From assembly GCF_016110345.1 (NCBI RefSeq), contig NZ_AP019011.1:52061-84060 (forward strand): a stretch of 32,000 bases of DNA, written 5' to 3'. Positions 8,712 to 14,040 of this stretch are shown piece after piece. The notes under the pieces are model-generated. The model saw only the letters and a program-made list of their open reading frames with translations. It did no database searches and was not told the DNA's origin. This DNA is from Fluviibacter phosphoraccumulans. GTDB lineage: Bacteria; Pseudomonadota; Gammaproteobacteria; Burkholderiales; Rhodocyclaceae. Position numbers and translations under genes: made by a program. The first letter of the stretch is position 1. Every line of letters begins with the position of its first letter.

Positions 8712-8903
8712 TTAGATGGATTGGGTCGGTTTTGCCAGCCGTTGTGCTTGCTGCTGGAGCTTTTGCTGAACTTTGCGTTGTCGTTCACGCTGCAGAGCCA
8801 CTTTTGCTGAATCGACTTGCTGCTTAAGTGCCCGGATACGAGCTTGGGCTGGATTAAGCGGTTTTTGAGTGGGCTGGGCTTCGATGACCTCTTTAATGTG
8901 CAT
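8712..8903 (-). CDS. Hypothetical small basic, Gln-rich coiled-coil protein (63 aa)
   Basis: The ORF is co-directional with and sits between orf146 and the integrase. Its composition is helical and charged (RIRALKQQVDSAKVALQRERQRKVQQKLQQQAQRL). The SD is weak. An excisionase/accessory role is only a positional guess. Confidence 0.35.
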   Translation of the reverse strand: MHIKEVIEAQPTQKPLNPAQARIRALKQQVDSAKVALQRERQRKVQQKLQQQAQRLAKPTQSI

Positions 8904-8945
8904 ATTGTATTTAGCGCTCGTCTGTCCATGTCTTGTAAACCACCA

Positions 8946-9386
8946 TCACTTACCAAAGCCGGATTTCAAGGTGTTCGCTGCGTTGTCGATTGCATCATCC
9001 AGTTCGCCGTTCTCCGTCGCTTGTTTCACGATTTCCAGGGTGTTCACGAGTTCCGCCGTGTTCGCCACTTCAATCGCATACTTGCCTTTCGCCAGTTCCA
9101 GCACTTTCGCGCCATAACGGACTGACAGTGCCAACTTACCGTTATCCCCTGTAAACCACCACCCCTTGACCCGTTTACTGGTTTCGACCTGTTTACGGAT
9201 ACCCGTCTCCTTGTCGGTCAATGTGCGGACTTTGGTAAACAAATGCGTGGTGCCATTTGCCTGTGCTGTCGCCAGTTCGATCTGTTCCGCGATACGACCA
9301 ATCAGTTTGTTACGACGCTGAACGACCTGCGGTAAGTTTTGGGGTTTACGAGTAGCAGTCAGCTTGAGTGCGGATAGTGCCGTCAT
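8946..9386 (-). CDS. Hypothetical protein (146 aa), island-borne
   Basis: The ORF track starts at TTG 9410. The ATG at 9386 has a good SD (caaAGGAtttgaaATG). The composition is protein-like (MTALSALKLTATRKPQNLPQVVQRRNKLIGRIAEQIELA...WWFTGDNGKLALSVRYGAKVLELAKGK). I cannot name a family with confidence. Confidence 0.7.
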   Translation of the reverse strand: MTALSALKLTATRKPQNLPQVVQRRNKLIGRIAEQIELATAQANGTTHLFTKVRTLTDKETGIRKQVETSKRVKGWWFTGDNGKLALSVRYGAKVLELAKGKYAIEVANTAELVNTLEIVKQATENGELDDAIDNAANTLKSGFGK

Positions 9387-9528
9387 TTCAAATCCTTTGT
9401 TTGGTTGCAATGACTACACATTAGTTTCGGATTTTGGATTGGACGACCGATTTCCGCTGGTTGCCTCTTCATCGATAGTTAAAGGCCAGATTTTTTCGTC
9501 TTTCTTTATCACGCCGCTAAATACTTGC

Positions 9529-9870
9529 ATGAAAAAGAATGCACTAACCCACAAACAGTTTGCCATCCAACACCAAAACAAACGTGACACAGGATTAACC
9601 GATTGGTGGCTGCGCAACAATGGCATCAAAGCTCAAATCATTTCCAACACCCATAGCAAGCTCATTCAGGCACAGCACGAGGCGCACTTACTGCTCTCAA
9701 ACCACATTGACTTACTGACCAGAGACCAAATCAAGGCACTCAAAAACTTCCAGCGCAAAATGAACACAGGCCACATTCGCAAGAAACTCAAACCCGAAGC
9801 AGCGTATCAAGTGCTGAACATCAGCACCAAAGTCGTTCGGTTGATGCACAGGCAGGCTAAGGCAAAATAA
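9529..9870 (+). CDS. Hypothetical basic protein (113 aa), divergent from orf146
   Basis: The first ATG within ORF 9364..9870 gives MKKNALTHKQFAIQHQNKRDTGL... No domain is recognisable. It is divergently arranged, 142 bp from orf146. Confidence 0.45.
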   Translation: MKKNALTHKQFAIQHQNKRDTGLTDWWLRNNGIKAQIISNTHSKLIQAQHEAHLLLSNHIDLLTRDQIKALKNFQRKMNTGHIRKKLKPEAAYQVLNISTKVVRLMHRQAKAK

Positions 9871-10099
9871 CAGGCAACATCACGGTACAACCAACCGTTC
9901 CCAACAGGTAAAAACGCGGGTTGTAATATGACGGCTAATGACCCCGCACTCGTTGCATGTTCGCTATGGAGAACAGCAACACATGAGTGGATGCCGCAAG
10001 ATTTCTGTTTTTGACAGTTGGAAGTTCTAATACGACCGTCTTCCGTCAAATCTTTCCATAGTCGTGTGCACGGGCGATGTCATACCAATGTACGCGATG

Positions 10100-10140
10100 C
10101 GACGACTATGATGCTTTGTGAGATAAGCACATAGCCGTCG
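10100..10140 (+). other. Extended imperfect hairpin inside the 680-bp non-coding region
   Basis: cgacgactatg (10100-10110) pairs with catagccgtcg (10130-10140) with one mismatch. Nested inside is tgctt/aagca (10112-10116 / 10125-10129). The left arm can alternatively pair with catagtcgt at 10057-10065. Confidence 0.45.
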
Positions 10141-10420
10141 TATGACCTCAAGCTCCATCACCCAATGCACTACAAAAACAAAAGAAGAAAAAAAATGCGA
10201 TGAGCGATAGCGACAGCGCGAGCAAACGCAGTTTGCTCTTCAACAGCTGCTCAAAAATCACCAAGACAAAAGCATAAGTACTTCATCGCTGAAAAATGCA
10301 GCCCTAATCATGCGTCAGCAACAGCCCTATTTGCTTCTACAAACAACGCAAACGTGGGCACACGCACTCTGACTGCTGGCAAACCGCTTTGCAGCGTATA
10401 CGGCGTTATACGTCATTCGC

Positions 10421-10448
10421 CGATAACAAAATACTTAAATTGTTATCG
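10421..10448 (+). promoter_or_regulatory. Palindrome cgataacaa-N10-ttgttatcg upstream of the small recombinase gene (candidate operator)
   Basis: Perfect 9-bp inverted arms at 10421-10429 and 10440-10448, about 100 bp upstream of ATG 10551. A TTGACG-N16-CATAAC promoter-like element follows, then GGAG 8 nt before the ATG. Confidence 0.4.
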
Positions 10449-10550
10449 ATTGGCTTAAGCCGCTGAAATCGAACAGGAAATATTTCGGTAGGAATTTGAC
10501 GCATAAGAAAACATACTCATAACAACAAATCATTATCTGGAGACCACAAC

Positions 10551-11120
10551 ATGGCACAAGCAAAAACACTGACGCAAGCGGAAATCGATCAAGTACTGCG
10601 CTACATTGCACAAAAGCAACGCTACAGCGCACGCAACCGAGCGATGCTGCTCATGAGCTATTACAGCGGCATGCGAGTTGGCGAGATCGCTGCTGTGCGT
10701 ATCGGTGATGTGCGCAATGAAGATGACACGATCAAACAAGAAATCCGTTTGTCCGCCGAACAAACAAAAGGCGACACGGGACGAACAGTATTTTTTAACG
10801 AGAAGCTTCGTGCTGAAATTGCCAGTTACCTCCGCACACATAAACACAGACATCCGACGGAGCCATTGTTCTTCACGGAAAAACAGATCGGCTTCAGTGC
10901 CAACTCGCTGGCACAGTGGTTTTTCTGGGTCTATAAGAAAGCGGGTGTGAGTGGTGCCAGTTCACATAGTGGCAGACGGACTTTCATCACGTCGCTGGCT
11001 AACAAAGGGATTGGCGTCCGTGTGCTGGCAAGTTTGGCCGGACACAAATCCATCCAAGTCACGCAGCACTACATTGATGTCAACGATGGGATGAAACGGG
11101 CGGCGGTTGAGCTGGTTTGA
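10551..11120 (+). CDS. Short catalytic-domain-only tyrosine recombinase (FimB/FimE-like architecture)
   Basis: 189 aa. Catalytic residues are R42 (SGMRVGE), K73, H139-x-x-R142 (SHSGRRT), H165 (AGHKS) and Y174 (QHYI). There is no N-terminal core-binding domain. The layout parallels the ~200-aa Fim-type invertases. Confidence 0.85.
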   Translation: MAQAKTLTQAEIDQVLRYIAQKQRYSARNRAMLLMSYYSGMRVGEIAAVRIGDVRNEDDTIKQEIRLSAEQTKGDTGRTVFFNEKLRAEIASYLRTHKHRHPTEPLFFTEKQIGFSANSLAQWFFWVYKKAGVSGASSHSGRRTFITSLANKGIGVRVLASLAGHKSIQVTQHYIDVNDGMKRAAVELV

Positions 11121-11131
11121 GAACGACGCGG

Positions 11132-11152
11132 TTTATTACTTAAAGTAATAAA
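11132..11152 (+). repeat. Perfect 21-bp palindrome tttattacttaaagtaataaa between the recombinase gene and orf407
   Basis: All 10 arm positions pair around centre 11142. The 9-nt core acttaaagt recurs at 12527-12535. Confidence 0.6.
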
Positions 11153-11199
11153 TTTGAGATTGGGCTAACATGGTCGGTATCCCACGAATGGAGTAACCC

Positions 11200-12423
11200 A
11201 TGTCTGCCGACATCCCCAGTGACGAGGAATTGCTCAAGGAAATCCAAGCCAAAATCATGGTGTTGTCGACGCCGCATAATGTCGCAAAGTACGGCAAGCC
11301 GGATATCCAAACGCTGATCGCCGAAAGAAGGCAATGGTATGCAGATAAGCCCAAACGTGCAGCCGCCGCTGCCAAATATGAAGCGGAACGCAAGAAAGAG
11401 GCTGAAAAGGCCGAGCGGCAGTACCGTCGAGAGCTGAAAAAACAAGGCAAGCCCATCATTAAACAAGATGAGCTGATTGTGCAGTATCCCACCGTTGCTT
11501 TTCTTAAAGAGCGCAAGTTAACCCAGCCGGAGTTGCAGCGGTATGCGGAAATGCTGTCCGCATTGGGCGCGGCAAGCGAGCTTTACAAAGAAGGCCAAGC
11601 GATTGAGCAGCAGTACCTCGTTCCAGGCCGTAAAAAAATGGCGGAGCTGGTCGCCAAAGCGTATGGCCTCTATCGCCGCGTTGAAGCCAGTACGCTCAAG
11701 GAGGAAATCTATGATGAAATGGCCAATATTCTAAAAAGTCATTTCGGTATTGGGGTGCACGTGGACACGCCAAATGCCACTTTGCTGCTCAAAATGGTTT
11801 TTCCAAGCATGAAGTCCAAGGCAGCGCATCAATATGGACGAGCATTGGACTTTGCACTGAGTTACGAAGTCACAGCCGATGATTATGTGGCATTTATCAA
11901 AGAGCATGGCGGCTATGAAAAGATTCGACGGGCCTATGCCAAGGTGCTGGCTGCTGATGCTGGCAAACTCTTGCCATTGCAAAAACAAGCGGCGGAAGTT
12001 GCGACTTTGGAATTCATGAGCGGACTCGAACCAGTCGTCAAAGTGCAGCTAACGGCGCCAGAAGGCCGTCAACTTCGAAAATACCAAAGTGCTCAAGGCT
12101 ACCACTACTTGATTGCTGACATTGACATGCACAACAACATGGAGATTTTGTGTGCAATCCCGCCGGGCAATGGCTGGGAAGACAATTTGATGAAACACAT
12201 CGAGCAAGCGGCACAATCCCATCCTGATTGGCAAGAGGCTTATGAGCGACTTTATGGCCTGTTGGTTAAACGATCCATTAGCAAGACCGTGGAAAAAGTG
12301 GCAAAAGCGGAAGAGAAAGCTAAGTACCGTGCCAAACGTGCTGAAGGTCAAAAAAAGCGGGACGCAGCTTTCAAGCGTGAGGTGGAACGGGAACGAAAGA
12401 AGGCTGGCGCCAAAAAAACGTAA
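11200..12423 (+). CDS. Hypothetical protein (407 aa) with Lys/Glu/Ala-rich N- and C-terminal tails
   Basis: Strong SD (GGAG, then 6 nt, then ATG). The ORF is long and clean. The charged low-complexity segments are KRAAAAAKYEAERKKEAEKAERQYRRELKKQGK and KVAKAEEKAKYRAKRAEGQKKRDAAFKREVERERKKAGAKKT. I cannot assign the central ~250 aa to any family. Confidence 0.75.
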   Translation: MSADIPSDEELLKEIQAKIMVLSTPHNVAKYGKPDIQTLIAERRQWYADKPKRAAAAAKYEAERKKEAEKAERQYRRELKKQGKPIIKQDELIVQYPTVAFLKERKLTQPELQRYAEMLSALGAASELYKEGQAIEQQYLVPGRKKMAELVAKAYGLYRRVEASTLKEEIYDEMANILKSHFGIGVHVDTPNATLLLKMVFPSMKSKAAHQYGRALDFALSYEVTADDYVAFIKEHGGYEKIRRAYAKVLAADAGKLLPLQKQAAEVATLEFMSGLEPVVKVQLTAPEGRQLRKYQSAQGYHYLIADIDMHNNMEILCAIPPGNGWEDNLMKHIEQAAQSHPDWQEAYERLYGLLVKRSISKTVEKVAKAEEKAKYRAKRAEGQKKRDAAFKREVERERKKAGAKKT

Positions 12424-12508
12424 AGCATTGACGTTCGAAAAGGTTTAGGTAGCTTTTGCTACGCTGGCAGTATTTAAACTATGCCTGTCATCGAATTGAT
12501 TTGTGATT

Positions 12509-12545
12509 AAAAAAGCTGCTTTTTACACTTAAAGTGTGCTTTTTT
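12509..12545 (+). terminator. Composite A/T-clamped hairpin downstream of orf407 (possible terminator / protein site)
   Basis: aaaaaagc (12509-12516) pairs with gctttttt (12538-12545). These enclose the 13-nt palindrome acacttaaagtgt (12525-12537), and a T run follows. Confidence 0.35.
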
Positions 12546-12757
12546 GGATCAAAAAATCGTGTTTTTAGCGATGGCTTTTAAAAAATTACCGTTTTTTAGC
12601 CGTCTACATGTCAATTGGCCCTCATCTACACAAAAAATGCTGCTCTTCTGTTAAAAAATACGCTGGCAACATAGAAATAGTGCTGGTAAGTGCTGCTAAA
12701 AGTTTTGCTATAAAGTTTTAACCCGTTGAAATCTAATCTAAAAAGCGGATTTTTTTA

Positions 12758-13957
12758 ATGTAAGCGACGAAACTAATCGCACTAGCAGTTGCCGGTCTGT
12801 CGACCGCTGCTTTCGCACAAACCAACGTCACCATCTACGGTGTTGCTGACGTTTCGGCTCAAGGCACCAACATGTCGAAGGGTGTTAACCCAGGCACGAC
12901 TAAGAACGAAGGCGGTTCGTTCAACATGAAGTCGAACAGCTCGCTGCTGGGCTTCAAGGGTACGGAAGATCTGGGCAACGGCCTCAAGGGTCTGTTCCAA
13001 ATCGAAACCAACGTTGGTCTAACTGGTCAATCTGCAAACCAAGGCGTTGCAGCTGGTTCGACTTCCAATGCTGGTTGGGGTCAACTGCGTGATTCGTATG
13101 TTGGTATGAACAGCAAGTACGGTACGGTTCTGGGCGGCTTCCTGTCGACTCCTTACCGTTCGGCGCTGACCTCGTTCGACGTCATGCCTGGTGCCACTGG
13201 CGATGCACGTATCGAAACCATGATGGGCACGCAGCGTGTTAGCAAGAACGGTCTGGCTTATACTGCACAAAGCTCGGTTCGTGCAACTGCACTTGCCTAC
13301 GCACTGCCAACCATGTACGGTTTCGACGGTTCGATCGCCTACACGGGCTCGAACAACAACGGCAATAATGAAAACGTTAATTCGACTGGCAACAACTTGT
13401 ACAGCGCCCTGTCGACCCAAATCGGCTGGACTGGCTACGGTGTGAATGTCAAGGGTGCTTTCCAGCAAGCTAAGATGATGGGTGCTACGACGGCTGGTGT
13501 TAGTCAAACTCCCGCCAATGCTTACACCAGCTACCTGATCGGTGCTAGCTACACGGGCCTGCCTGGCCTCAAGGCTTCGGTTGTCTACAACCGCAACACC
13601 TTAGGTGGTAACACTGCAACTCTTGCTACTGGTGCTACTTCTGATGCCAACAAGGGTTCGAACAACCAGATCTACGCTGGTGTTAGCTACCGCTTCGGTA
13701 ACAACGAACCACGCCTGACCTACCAAAACAGCAGCAACACTTCGTTCAACGGCGCTAGCGCCAATGACGGTGCAACGCTGTGGGGTGCTAACTGGGGTTA
13801 CTACCTGAGCAAGCGTACGCAAGTTTACGGTATCGTTTCGACCATCAAGAACAACCAAAACGGTACGGTTAACATGGCTTCGGGCGGCACCTCGCTGGTA
13901 CCAACTGGTGGTCAAGTTGTCACCACCTACGGTGCTGGTCTGCGCACCAACTTCTAA
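12758..13957 (+). CDS. General outer-membrane porin, copy 2 (island-proximal); same ATG-TAA anomaly
   Basis: The ORF track gives 12872..13957, but the frame is open back to 12764. That stretch encodes ATKLIALAVAGLSTAAFA|QTNVTIYGVADVSAQG. The ATG at 12758 is followed by TAA at 12761. The C-terminus is TYGAGLRTNF. Confidence 0.85.
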
Positions 13958-14020
13958 TCAGTTAGTTTCCTGATTTAGAGTGAAACGGGAGCCTTCGGGC
14001 TCCCGTTTTTATTGGTGCTT
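13941..14020 (+). repeat. Perfect 80-bp direct repeat, right copy (candidate attR)
   Basis: Identical to 7281-7360. It includes the porin 2 terminator (13983-14011). Confidence 0.9.
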
Positions 14021-14040
14021 CTAAAAGAGTATTGGTTTTT

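Larger units (their letters stand above)
7281..14020. mobile_element. Putative integrative genomic island (integrase to porin 2) bounded by the 80-bp direct repeats
   Basis: The integrase stop codon lies 2 nt from the left repeat. The DNA is A/T-richer by eye and carries two tyrosine recombinases and otherwise unrecognisable genes. The second repeat copy sits immediately after porin 2. Confidence 0.55.

Noticed and set aside
8678-8956. 92-aa minus-strand ORF overlapping both the orf146 stop and the integrase start
   Set aside because: The product is Ser-rich and low-complexity, and the ORF overlaps its neighbours at both ends. The alternative 63-aa frame (8712-8903) fits the intergenic gap better, though it is itself only weakly supported.
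9807-10049. 80-aa minus-strand ORF (and 10435-10632, 10533-10853) in or around the 680-bp non-coding region
   Set aside because: The products are Cys-rich and non-protein-like, there is no SD, and the ORFs overlap the ends of better-supported genes. I treat the region as non-coding.
10200-10277. 25-codon mini-ORF (MSDSDSASKRSLLFNSCSKITKTKA) after the A-rich tract
   Set aside because: There is no convincing SD, it is very short, and nothing can be evaluated here to support conservation. I note it only as a possible leader peptide.
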